Shown: positions 48,371-57,727, counted from the stretch's first letter. The stretch: DNA of 64,000 bases from an uncultured Bacteroidota bacterium (GCA_964415295.1 CAYPYN010000002.1:24485-88484); one strand, 5' to 3'. The notes: generated by a model not told the origin, from the letters alone. Translations and numbers: made by a program.

Positions 48371-48930
48371 GGGTAATTCACTTTCTGCATATTTTCAACC
48401 TGCCCGCCGGAAACCTGTTTTCGTATTCTCGGCCTTGATAAAAACGCCGGTGAAACCCGAGTTCGCAGACATGATTTGCGGAAAACGGCTTTCAGTAAAA
48501 GTCAAGTTTAACGTCTCTTCAAGATAGAGAATCGTTTTTAGCAGCCCGATCTGCGAACGAGGGTTAGGCATTTTTATCACAGCCGAAGTTTTCTTTGCCA
48601 CTTTCTTTTCTAAAAAGAAAGTGGATCCAATGACTAATATTTGAAAAACCATCCGGTTTAGAAAACCATTCTTCTTTCTTTTGCTGGCCCAAAGGAAAGA
48701 AGGAAAGAAAAGGGCCTTGGCTGTTGAAAAAACACCTAAAATCTCCGCTTCAGCCCTAAACAAAACAAACTCGCCCGCCGATACGGCGGACTCGGACATG
48801 TTTTGTTTTTAACGGGCTTTCGCTTCGATTTTTTGACGGCGTTTTTTCAAAGGCCCGAAAATTCACGTGATTTTTCTCATCACAATATGGTATCGAATAA
48901 TCTCTTTGCACCACCCTGGCCAGAATGGGG

Positions 48931-50952
48931 TTAAGATATCGACGCTTGAACCTTCCCGCTCAATTCCGTCAGATTCATATTCCCCAGCGCCATGCGGCTC
49001 AATTGGCCCATCACCCAGCGGGAACAGGCGCCGTCCAGACTGGAATTATCGATCTGCGAGAATTTTTTGATCATGAACGGGATCAGTTCCGTGATCTCGT
49101 TCTTGGTCGCGGCTTTGTAACGGATATTGAGCAATACGGAATCAAAATCCAGTTTGGGATGATGGTAATATTCCACCAGCATCATACCCGCAATATTCAG
49201 TTCCATCCCGCGGTCTTTGAGGAACTTGAACAGGTCGTAGATCCGGTCGTAACTGAAATCCTTGGCGGTGGTATAATGATTCTCAACATATTTCATCTGA
49301 TGCCCGAGGAAGATACCGGTGTGGCGGTGCGGGATGCCGAGTTCGTCATGGATCTTCTCCATCAGCCCTACGAGATTCTTTTTGAGAATGAATGTATACG
49401 TGTCTTCCGGAACATTCCACGAGCGGAGCTGTTGTATACGGTCAAAGACGTCCACAGGAATGGCGCGGCGGATCGCTTCGATCTTGTCGTCATCGAGCGG
49501 GATAGGTGCGGAATCGGTATCCGGGTACATGCGGTCTGCGCCGGGAAGAACGCGTTCGAATACCGTCGTACCGTCATGCGATGACTTACGCGTCTCATTG
49601 GGAACGCCTTTGAAGGCCATGCGGCAGCGTTCCTCCACCGTCTCGATCGCCGTGGGAATATCCTCTTTCGGCCCCCACAGAACGATCCATGCATCATCGC
49701 CGCTGCAATTAAGCAATTTAACGATTCTCTCCGACTCCTGTTCGGCAATGTGCGTACGCATATTCTCCGAATGGATCATATTGGGTTTCTCAATACACGC
49801 GATCACTTTGAGCCGCGATGATATCTCATCGGCGAACATCTGACCGGGCTGAGTAAAATGCGATAATATACTCTTGAAGCCCGGCAGTCGAACGGCTACG
49901 ATCTCGTGTTTGGCAACTTTCGCCGCGGCCATCGGTTCGTAACTGAACGTCCAATCGTCCGGTTCAAGTTTGACGGATTCTGTTTTCCACGAATCCGGAT
50001 TGCGGACCTTTTTTTTCAGAAGTTCCACGATGCGCAGGAGCGCGAACTGCCGGAATGCCTCGTTGTGCGTCAATTGGGGCATCCAGCGCGTGTGCGCAAC
50101 GCCTTTGATCTCGACGCGTGTGCCGCCGCGGCAGCTGACATTGACGTCGGCGCGGGTGGAACCGATACCGGTCCGGACTTTTCCAGTACTGCGGTTCAAA
50201 AAACGGATATAATCCGCGCCTTCTTTTACTTCATCGGGATTCACAAAATCCGCATGCGTCACCGTTTCGATCAGCGGCATGCCGAGACGGTCCGTCTTGT
50301 ACACGCGCACATGGCCGATGTCGGAAATTTCCCGGCAGGAATCCTCTTCGATGCTCAACTGGATGAGGTTGACCGTCTTGTGTTTCAGCTGGATCTTCCC
50401 GCCGACGCCGATGATGGCCGTTCTCTGGAATCCGGTCGGAATACTGCCGTCGAGGTACTGCTTGCGGGTGATGTGAACTTCTCCCACGATATTCATCTTA
50501 TTCAAGATCGAGATCTCCAGCGCGATATCGAGCGCTTCCGGATCCATGGCGAAAGGCGGCGTATCGTCCACCTCATACGTACACGCCGTTTTATTTTTGA
50601 TGCGGTAAATAATGTTCTTTCGGGTCTTGAATTCCATCAGCGCCGTACCGTCGTACTCGCCCAGTTCGCTCAGCGTCGGGCGCATGTGGCGAATGACCTC
50701 CGCGTCGTAATCGTCGTGGGCGTTGTATTTTCCGGCCGGACAGCGGCAGAAAAGTTTCCGCCGTGTCAGCAGCTGCTGGTGAACTTCCAGTCCGGACTTG
50801 AATCCGATCCGGTCGTAATCTTCCTGCGTGGCATCTTTCCGGCTGACGTATCCGATGGCTTGTTTGCTTTGTTCGTAATTCTGCTGGGGATCAAAAGGCT
50901 GGTTCATGAGGATTGTGCACCATGTGAAGCATCGATTGATGTTGTCTTGCAA
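48931..50952 (-). CDS. gatE: Glutamyl-tRNA(Gln) amidotransferase subunit E-like (archaeal-type GatE)
   Basis: 673 aa; GatB/E catalytic core with GatE-type signature DYDRIGFKSGLEVHQQL...RKLFCRCP and insertion-sized extra length versus GatB. TTG start at 50952; alternative ATG at 50907. Confidence 0.75.
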   Translation of the reverse strand: MQDNINRCFTWCTILMNQPFDPQQNYEQSKQAIGYVSRKDATQEDYDRIGFKSGLEVHQQLLTRRKLFCRCPAGKYNAHDDYDAEVIRHMRPTLSELGEYDGTALMEFKTRKNIIYRIKNKTACTYEVDDTPPFAMDPEALDIALEISILNKMNIVGEVHITRKQYLDGSIPTGFQRTAIIGVGGKIQLKHKTVNLIQLSIEEDSCREISDIGHVRVYKTDRLGMPLIETVTHADFVNPDEVKEGADYIRFLNRSTGKVRTGIGSTRADVNVSCRGGTRVEIKGVAHTRWMPQLTHNEAFRQFALLRIVELLKKKVRNPDSWKTESVKLEPDDWTFSYEPMAAAKVAKHEIVAVRLPGFKSILSHFTQPGQMFADEISSRLKVIACIEKPNMIHSENMRTHIAEQESERIVKLLNCSGDDAWIVLWGPKEDIPTAIETVEERCRMAFKGVPNETRKSSHDGTTVFERVLPGADRMYPDTDSAPIPLDDDKIEAIRRAIPVDVFDRIQQLRSWNVPEDTYTFILKKNLVGLMEKIHDELGIPHRHTGIFLGHQMKYVENHYTTAKDFSYDRIYDLFKFLKDRGMELNIAGMMLVEYYHHPKLDFDSVLLNIRYKAATKNEITELIPFMIKKFSQIDNSSLDGACSRWVMGQLSRMALGNMNLTELSGKVQASIS

Positions 50953-51116
50953 CCGCCCCTGTTGGGGCTGACTAACAAGTTTCCTTTGCCTTCATGGTGA
51001 GCCCCACTGAGCGGGATAAACTCCGTCGAACCATGAATTTCATCAACGTATCTTCCCTCGACTCCGCTCGGGATGAAGAGTTTCACTATTTTTTGGCCAG
51101 TCCTATGGTGAAGGTT

Positions 51117-51659
51117 CTACGCTCCATCCGCCTGATCGTCACCACGGCGTAAAGGATGCGGCGGAAGATTAAGCACTTCTTCCGAGAAATAACTGACGAT
51201 GTACTCGATCATGCCCTTAACGGACGTGTGTCCGATCGGCTCCATTTTATCGTTAACGATCGCGATATGGCGCGTTTCGTGCTTACGGAAAACCTTAACA
51301 GCCTCTTTGATCGGATCGGTCAGTTTGAGGCAAATGGGTTCTTTACGCATATAATCGTCAACCCTATCCTTAGCATAATCCGGACATTTGTCTGCGATCT
51401 TGTAAAGCAGATGGCGCTCGGTCAGTATTCCGATGAGTTTCATGTCCTTAACGACCATCACGCATCCCACGTTGTGGTCGCCCATCAACTTTACGGCATC
51501 CTTGAGCAGACTGCCGGATTGTACGATCAACGGAGCCGGCGGTTCTAAAAGACCGATCGGTTTGTTGAAATCCTCAATGTGGATCTCGTGTTTGTCCAGT
51601 TCACGTTCGAGTTCGTCCATGTGGACCAACTCGTCTTCCAATTCGTGTTGATTGGTCAT
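51117..51659 (-). CDS. CBS-domain pair protein
   Basis: Tandem CBS motifs (GCVMVVKDMKLIGILTERHLL, ...IAIVNDKMEPIGHTSVKGM); ATG at 51659. Confidence 0.6.
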   Translation of the reverse strand: MTNQHELEDELVHMDELERELDKHEIHIEDFNKPIGLLEPPAPLIVQSGSLLKDAVKLMGDHNVGCVMVVKDMKLIGILTERHLLYKIADKCPDYAKDRVDDYMRKEPICLKLTDPIKEAVKVFRKHETRHIAIVNDKMEPIGHTSVKGMIEYIVSYFSEEVLNLPPHPLRRGDDQADGA

Positions 51660-51670
51660 GGTCAAGTCTC

Positions 51671-52075
51671 CTAAAATTTCAGTTCGTCTATGATGTGATC
51701 AAGAATATGCTCGATGGTCAAAATACCGACCGGCTGACGATCTTTTCCAAGTACCACAAGACTTCGATATCCGCCCACCGACATTTCGTTGAGCGCATAC
51801 GCTGCCGAATCGTCGTTATAAAGGTACGTCGGATATTCATCCATCAACTGGCTGATCTTGAGGTTCTTCAGGTCGACGTTGCGTGACAGACTGCGCAGAA
51901 CATCCCGTTCGGTGAGGATCCCGGCCCATTTATCGCCGTCCTTGATAAGCACACAGCCCATCTGATGCTCTTTCATACTGATCACAGCGTCTTTGACCGA
52001 GGCGTCTTTGCTCAGGTAAAAAGGCTCCTTGGGATCTAACGTATTTACTTTGGATTTAACCAGACTTGCATTCAT
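51671..52075 (-). CDS. CBS-domain pair protein
   Basis: Tandem CBS motifs (GCVLIKDGDKWAGILTERDVL, ...LVVLGKDRQPVGILTIEHI). Confidence 0.6.
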   Translation of the reverse strand: MNASLVKSKVNTLDPKEPFYLSKDASVKDAVISMKEHQMGCVLIKDGDKWAGILTERDVLRSLSRNVDLKNLKISQLMDEYPTYLYNDDSAAYALNEMSVGGYRSLVVLGKDRQPVGILTIEHILDHIIDELKF

Positions 52076-52258
52076 GGCATCCTCGCGTTTTGTTGGTTGC
52101 CAGTTTAATTGATTACTTTTACGTAATATTTATAATTTAGCAGGAACTTTCGATAACTCCAAATCACAAACTGACAAATTCAGGTGACCGACATCCGTTT
52201 TGTATTTGTGTCACTGGTTGCTGTTTGTTTTTTTGACTTTTGAATCCTGGAATTTCAT

Positions 52259-53266
52259 CTACGCCCATTTTCCGAACCGTAGAAATTTGAAACCATCCGT
52301 ATGTTCATTCAATATTCTCTTCTTCTCATCATCCGAAACAAAGAATAATCCCGTTGCCAACGCATCGGTATCGCGGCAATTGTCGCCGATCACCGTTACG
52401 CTGGCAAATCCGGTGCGCTTTGGCATAGCCAGTTTCGGATTGATCAGATGGTGATACACATGACCTTCGGAAATGAAATACTGTTCATACGATCCCGAGG
52501 TAGCCACAGCCTGATCCTTCAGAGAAATCACTTCAATGATCTCCGAAGGGTTCTCCGGATCCTTTACTCCGACGCGCCAGGCTTTATCTTCGGAATTACC
52601 GCCAAGCGTTGCAATGTCGCCGCCAAGCCTTACCAGAGCCTGATCAATGCCTTCCTTCGCCAATACGGCTTTGGCGCGTTCCGATCCGTAACCTTTTCCA
52701 ATACCGCCAAGATCGATCTTAACGTCGGGCGTCAGCAGGCGAACCGTTGCGTGCGAGCCGTTTCTCGTCAGAAGGATCTTTTCCGAGAATTTAAGGTCGG
52801 CGAAACGAACCCATTGTTTTTCCGGCGGCGGTTCCGTCCGGTGCTTTATATCCCAGATGGAAGTGACTTTGCCCAAACCCGGTTCAAAGAATCCTTTCGT
52901 AGCATGCGACCAATGCAAAGCGCGTTCGATCAGGTCGGCCGTTTCATTGGAGATCCTGACATCCTGCGTATATCCCAGAAGATTGATCTGTCCTATTTCG
53001 CTGTTGTCCGAGAAATAGGTCAGCAATCGTTCCACACGGTTCAATTCCTCGTACGCGCTTTCGATGGCGCGAAACGCGAGACGTTCGTCGTCATGGACGA
53101 CCTGGATCTCGCCGATCGTTCCCATGAGCGGGCGCGTCATGCTGTACACGCGCCGGTTCCTGAATAGCACGGGACCAAGCCCTGCTCCCGCGATCAGGAA
53201 CAACGAACCTGCACCGATCTTTAAGAATTTTCTCCGGTCTATACCGGTCTTTGGGTTCTTCTCCAT
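52259..53266 (-). CDS. apbE: FAD:protein FMN transferase (ApbE family), Tat-signal
   Basis: Twin-arginine signal (DRRKFLKIGAG); ApbE-type motifs (GGIGKGY...); last gene of the Rnf cluster. Confidence 0.75.
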   Translation of the reverse strand: MEKNPKTGIDRRKFLKIGAGSLFLIAGAGLGPVLFRNRRVYSMTRPLMGTIGEIQVVHDDERLAFRAIESAYEELNRVERLLTYFSDNSEIGQINLLGYTQDVRISNETADLIERALHWSHATKGFFEPGLGKVTSIWDIKHRTEPPPEKQWVRFADLKFSEKILLTRNGSHATVRLLTPDVKIDLGGIGKGYGSERAKAVLAKEGIDQALVRLGGDIATLGGNSEDKAWRVGVKDPENPSEIIEVISLKDQAVATSGSYEQYFISEGHVYHHLINPKLAMPKRTGFASVTVIGDNCRDTDALATGLFFVSDDEKKRILNEHTDGFKFLRFGKWA

Positions 53267-53269
53267 ATG

Positions 53270-53455
53270 TTACCTTTCGCAAACTTTTTCGTCGTTGCAT
53301 CCATCGCATCGCCGTGCATGATCGGAACACGAAGAAGGAAGGTGTTCGAAATGATTCTTCGTTCGCATCTTACGGGCCAGGAACTGCACACCAAGCCAGC
53401 CCGTAGTCAGACAGGTTGCCGCTGTGATTCCGATGATGTATTGAGTAATTTCCAT
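53270..53455 (-). CDS. Small membrane protein with 4-Cys tail, NqrM/DUF539-like
   Basis: 61 aa: one TM helix (IIGITAATCLTTGWLGVQFL) then C-x6-C-x2-C-x5-C (CSDHARRCDGCNDEKVC); sits between rnfA and apbE. Confidence 0.4.
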   Translation of the reverse strand: MEITQYIIGITAATCLTTGWLGVQFLARKMRTKNHFEHLPSSCSDHARRCDGCNDEKVCER

Positions 53456-53463
53456 TCTAATAA

Positions 53464-54042
53464 TTAGTTTGAGCTGAATAAGCCGGCGAATCCCATGAAC
53501 GCCATGGAAAGCAATCCGGCGATGATAAGGCTCAGCGCCGTTCCTTGAATCAACTTGGGCACATCCATTACTTTCGTTTCTTCCCTAATGCCGGCCATCA
53601 GTACCAGCGCCAGCGTCATACCTCCTCCGCCTCCGATGGAATAGATCAGTCCCTGCACTAACCCGTATTCCTTCGTTGTCTGGAAAAGCGCCAGCGCCAG
53701 GATCGCGCAGTTGGTCGTGATCAGGGGAAGATAAATTCCAAGCGCCTTAAAAAGTTCCGGACTGAGTTTCTTTATGACCATTTCAACGAACTGCACCGTG
53801 CTGGCGATCACCACGATATAACTGATCAAACCCAGGTACGGGGCGAACGGCAGGATGTACGTATTCAACGCCCACGTGCACAGCGATGTAATGACCATAA
53901 CGAAGATATTGGCCAAACCCATGCGGAAAGCCGTCTGAACCCGGTCGGATACACCCAGGAACGGACAGATGCCGAGGAACGACGACAGCGTGAAGTTATT
54001 GATCACGAGCGCTGAAACGAATATCCAAAGCAGATCACCCAT
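53464..54042 (-). CDS. rnfA: Rnf electron-transport complex subunit A
   Basis: RnfA/NqrE pattern (LVINNFTLSSFLGICPFLGVS..., ...LPLITTNCAILA). Confidence 0.85.
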   Translation of the reverse strand: MGDLLWIFVSALVINNFTLSSFLGICPFLGVSDRVQTAFRMGLANIFVMVITSLCTWALNTYILPFAPYLGLISYIVVIASTVQFVEMVIKKLSPELFKALGIYLPLITTNCAILALALFQTTKEYGLVQGLIYSIGGGGGMTLALVLMAGIREETKVMDVPKLIQGTALSLIIAGLLSMAFMGFAGLFSSN

Positions 54043-54049
54043 CTTGCAC

Positions 54050-54697
54050 CTATGCTTTCTCCGCCAGTTTCATTTTCGCGCGTTCCGCCTGTTTACTCTT
54101 ATACCAGTTCACGAACAGCATCATAAAACCTAATAATAAAAATCCGCCCGGAGGCAGGATCATGATGACCCAAGGTTCGAAATGCGGACCGAAAAGGGAA
54201 ATACCAAACAGTGATCCGTTACCCAGAATTTCCCTGATTCCGCCCAGAGCCAACAACGCCAGAATGAACCCTACTCCCATTCCGAGCGCGTCCAATACAG
54301 AGAGCCACGCCGTATTCTTGTACGAAAAGGCTTCCTGTCTGCCCAGAATGATACAATTCACAACGATCAACGCGATAAATGCGCCGAGTTCTTTATGGAT
54401 CTTCGGAAATGCAGCCTGCAGTGAAAAATCAACGGCCGTCACAAAGGTTGCAATAATAACGACGAATGTCGTGATGCGGACCTGCTTGGGGATCCAGTTC
54501 CTCAAAACGGACACAAGCCAGCAGGATGCCACGAGAACAATCGTGGTCGCCAGTCCCATGGCTAAACCGTTGACCGCGGTATTGGTCACGGCCAGCGTGG
54601 GACACATGCCCAGTACGCTGACAAAGGTCGGGTTCTCTTTCCAGAGTCCTTTGATGAATTCCTGATATGCGCGTCCGTGTTCTTCCATCGAACTCAT
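54050..54697 (-). CDS. rnfE: Rnf electron-transport complex subunit E
   Basis: RnfE/NqrD pattern (VLGMCPTLAVTNTAVNGL, ...IALIVVNCIILGR); start overlaps the rnfG stop. Confidence 0.85.
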   Translation of the reverse strand: MSSMEEHGRAYQEFIKGLWKENPTFVSVLGMCPTLAVTNTAVNGLAMGLATTIVLVASCWLVSVLRNWIPKQVRITTFVVIIATFVTAVDFSLQAAFPKIHKELGAFIALIVVNCIILGRQEAFSYKNTAWLSVLDALGMGVGFILALLALGGIREILGNGSLFGISLFGPHFEPWVIMILPPGGFLLLGFMMLFVNWYKSKQAERAKMKLAEKA

Positions 54698-55380
54698 GGT
54701 TTTGTTCCGTAGGTTAATTGATTCTTCTGCACGTAGGCATCAATCGCCGTTCGCCATGTATCCAATGACTTCTGCATCGCACGCACGATCGCCTTGGACG
54801 AGATAGTGGCACCGGTGATCGTCTCTACCTGATTGGGCTGGGTTTTCTTGCCAGTTTTCACGGGTTCGATCTTGGGATCAACGGCCAGCGCGGTGAAATT
54901 GGATACAAAATGTTTATCCTTGTAGATCTTATCCCCTAAACCGGGTGTTTCCTTGCTGTCGAGTACTTCATAACCGATCACCATTTTTCCGACACCGTCA
55001 AAACCGTAGAGAATCCTAAGCATGTCGGCAAATCCCGGTTCGTTGCCGGGGATCGCAAAACCGATCACGGCGCCTTTTTCGTTGTACCCCAGAAAAATGC
55101 GAGGAACGGAACGATCGGACTGATTGACCTGCCTGACAAGCTGCCCGTTCTCGAGTATCATGGCCTCAAACTTGTTGCAACCCGGCAATACGCGGTATAC
55201 CGCTTCCTGCAAAGCTTCCTCTTTATTACGTTCAATGATGGGCAGCGTGAATACGTACGCACAAACCAGAACCAATCCTGAAAAGAATCCGGCTACCGCC
55301 AGCGTCGCGATCATCTGAAAGGAACTGGTTTCCTTCGTGGATAAGACAGGTATCTCTGTATGTATCTTCTGTTCTTCCAT
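54694..55380 (-). CDS. rnfG: Rnf electron-transport complex subunit G (FMN-binding)
   Basis: ATG at 55380 overlapping the rnfD stop by 1 nt; N-terminal TM helix; FMN-binding-domain motif (ITGATISSKAIV). The ORF-track 5' extension to 55536 overlaps rnfD. Confidence 0.75.
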   Translation of the reverse strand: MEEQKIHTEIPVLSTKETSSFQMIATLAVAGFFSGLVLVCAYVFTLPIIERNKEEALQEAVYRVLPGCNKFEAMILENGQLVRQVNQSDRSVPRIFLGYNEKGAVIGFAIPGNEPGFADMLRILYGFDGVGKMVIGYEVLDSKETPGLGDKIYKDKHFVSNFTALAVDPKIEPVKTGKKTQPNQVETITGATISSKAIVRAMQKSLDTWRTAIDAYVQKNQLTYGTKP

Positions 55381-56381
55381 TATTTCGTTCCGTAAACCCG
55401 GTATGGCGTAACCCTGTTGATCAGCGGCGTTACGGCATTCATCAGCAATATGGCATACATCACGCCTTCCGGCAATCCTCCGAAGATGCGGATCAGCACG
55501 ACCAGGAATCCTATACCCGCGCCGAATATCCAGCACCCTTTGATCGTAAAGGGCGAAGTCACCGGATCGGTTGCCATGAACACAGCACCCAACAAAAGTC
55601 CGCCGGAGAATATCATGTGCATCGGCGACGGGTAGATCGCGGGATTGACCAGATGCAGGATGCCCGATAGTAGTGCGGTTGCGGTCAAGATGGAAACCGG
55701 TATGTGCCAGTTGAATATCTTTCTCATAGCCAGATAAATGCCGACAAGGATGATGATCAGTCCGGAAGTTTCGCCGAGTGAACCGGCGGTATTCCCGATC
55801 ATCAGATTAAATAGGTCCGTAGCTTCGTGCTGGAATTTCATCGCTGAAAGCGGCGTGGCTCCCGTGAGGGCGTCCACTTTTTCTCCCTGGAAAAATGGAA
55901 TGGCCAGATTAGCACCGCGCGCCGATAAAAATTGACCGTCCGGAGCCGACCACGTGGTAATGGCTGTGGGAAAAGCCGCTTGCAGAAAGGCCCGGCCGAT
56001 CAGCGCCGGATTGAAAATGTTCTGTCCCAATCCGCCCCAGATCACTTTGCCCAGAACAACGGCGGCAATGCCTCCCAAGAACGCCATCCAGAGCGGAAAT
56101 CCCGGCGGCAGGGTCAGCGCGAATAAAAGCCCCGTGATCAAGGCGCTTCCGTCTTTCAGCGATTTGTAACGCGGTTTATCATTTGAGAAGAACCATTCTG
56201 TCGCAAAGCAGGACGCTACGCCGGTTGCGCACAGCAGGAAAGTGCTCAATCCGAAAAAATAATAAGCTGCGCCGATAACCGGGATGAGGGCGAAAACAAC
56301 CTGGTACATGATCCAAGGCGTGCTCACCTCATCATGCAGAAATGGAGACGTTGAAAGATTCAATTTAGACCGGTCTTCCAT
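55380..56381 (-). CDS. rnfD: Rnf electron-transport complex subunit D
   Basis: ATG at 56381 overlapping the rnfC stop by 1 nt; polytopic membrane protein with RnfD/NqrB pattern (...GATPLSAMKF..., FMATDPVTSP). Confidence 0.85.
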   Translation of the reverse strand: MEDRSKLNLSTSPFLHDEVSTPWIMYQVVFALIPVIGAAYYFFGLSTFLLCATGVASCFATEWFFSNDKPRYKSLKDGSALITGLLFALTLPPGFPLWMAFLGGIAAVVLGKVIWGGLGQNIFNPALIGRAFLQAAFPTAITTWSAPDGQFLSARGANLAIPFFQGEKVDALTGATPLSAMKFQHEATDLFNLMIGNTAGSLGETSGLIIILVGIYLAMRKIFNWHIPVSILTATALLSGILHLVNPAIYPSPMHMIFSGGLLLGAVFMATDPVTSPFTIKGCWIFGAGIGFLVVLIRIFGGLPEGVMYAILLMNAVTPLINRVTPYRVYGTK

Positions 56382-57724
56382 CAGTTCTTTGCCCTTCGTT
56401 CCCGAATAATACTTTTTGCCACGCGAAAACTCTGCACTAACGGAATGCCCGACGGGCAGACGAACGAGCATGACGCGCATTCAAAACAATCCATGATATG
56501 CAGCGGTTCCATATCCTCGTACAATCCTTTTCTCGCCAGAAGTCCCATTACGGAAGGATTGAGATACATCGGACAGACTTCCACGCAGCGCGCACAGCGG
56601 ATGCATTTGTATTCCGTCATATCCTGAACTTCATTATCCGTCAACACCAGAACGCCGGAAATACCTTTGGTCACCGGCACGTCGAGCGACTTCTGGGCAA
56701 TGCCCATCATCGGCCCGCCGAGCAGGATGCGAACGGCTTTGCTGGTCACTCCGCCGCAATAGTCGATCAGATGTTTGATAGGTGTTCCTACGGGAACCAT
56801 CAGATTCGCCGGACGCCGAATGGCCGTTCCCGTCACCGTCACCACGCGTTCGATCAGAGGAACCGACTGCGTGAAATACTGGGCCAGCGCCACCAGAGTT
56901 CCGACGTTGGAAACCAGCGTCTCAATATCAATAGGCAGTTTACCGGATGGAACTTCTTTGTCGAGCACCGCTTTGATCAGCATTTTTTCCGCACCTTGCG
57001 GGTATTTGACTTTCAGACCGATGACTTCATAGGTCACGTTCTGCTTTTTAACTTCTTCTTTCAGAACACGGATCGCATCGGGCTTATTATTCTCAATGCC
57101 TATATAAACTTTTTCCGCCGGTATGAAATGGCGCATGATCGTCAGGCCTTCGACCAGCTCTTTCGCAAATTCGACCATGATGCGGTGGTCGGCGGTCAGG
57201 AAAGGTTCGCATTCGCATCCGTTGGCGATGATGTAATTGCAGCGCTTGCCTTCGGGAATGGAGAATTTCACATGCGCCGGAAAACCCGCGCCGCCGAGGC
57301 CCACGAGTCCGGCCTGCTGAACGCCGTCTACAAATTCCTTGAACGAAAGATCCTGCCACGGACGCGGCTTCGGCATATCCACGGTCTGCGCAGAAAAAGG
57401 ATCGGCCTTGATCTTGATCGCCTGAACAAGCAATCCGTTGGGATGTTCACCGAGCTCGATCGCCGTAATCGTTCCGGTGACGGGAGCGTGCTGCGCCACA
57501 GACACAAAAGAAGCCGGTTTGGCGATCATCTGTCCGCGTTTCACGTGCTGGCCTTTTTGTACGATCGGGATCGAAGGCGCACCGGCGTGCTGGGAAAGCG
57601 GAACCACATACTCATCCACAAAGGGCATACGTTCCACGGCCAAAGTGCCGGTGAATTCTTTATACTCTTCCGGATGAACCCCGTGGTGAAAGGTCAAACG
57701 TTCTGTTGAATGATTATCTGTCAT
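56381..57724 (-). CDS. rnfC: Rnf electron-transport complex subunit C
   Basis: RnfC pattern with NADH-binding region (GLVGLGGAGFPAHVK) and two 4Fe-4S motifs (CIRCARCVEVCP, CFECASCSFVCP). Confidence 0.85.
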   Translation of the reverse strand: MTDNHSTERLTFHHGVHPEEYKEFTGTLAVERMPFVDEYVVPLSQHAGAPSIPIVQKGQHVKRGQMIAKPASFVSVAQHAPVTGTITAIELGEHPNGLLVQAIKIKADPFSAQTVDMPKPRPWQDLSFKEFVDGVQQAGLVGLGGAGFPAHVKFSIPEGKRCNYIIANGCECEPFLTADHRIMVEFAKELVEGLTIMRHFIPAEKVYIGIENNKPDAIRVLKEEVKKQNVTYEVIGLKVKYPQGAEKMLIKAVLDKEVPSGKLPIDIETLVSNVGTLVALAQYFTQSVPLIERVVTVTGTAIRRPANLMVPVGTPIKHLIDYCGGVTSKAVRILLGGPMMGIAQKSLDVPVTKGISGVLVLTDNEVQDMTEYKCIRCARCVEVCPMYLNPSVMGLLARKGLYEDMEPLHIMDCFECASCSFVCPSGIPLVQSFRVAKSIIRERRAKN

Positions 57725-57727
57725 AGT

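Noticed and set aside
48395-48799. 134-aa minus-strand ORF in the gatE-gatD spacer
   Set aside because: Translation is low-complexity and unconserved-looking (MSESAVSAGEFVLFRAEAEILGV...), with no RBS and no domain motif; the region is better explained as structured non-coding sequence.
50953-51116. Possible tRNA or tRNA-like gene in the gatE leader (GGTTCGAC segment)
   Set aside because: No acceptor stem, D-arm or anticodon arm can be built around the T-loop-like segment; the stems fit a leader hairpin instead.
55381-55536. Long N-terminal extension of rnfG (MLDIRRGYRIPGRADPHLRR...)
   Set aside because: It overlaps the rnfD coding region out of frame and is Arg-rich; the ATG at 55380 coupled to the rnfD stop is the probable start.
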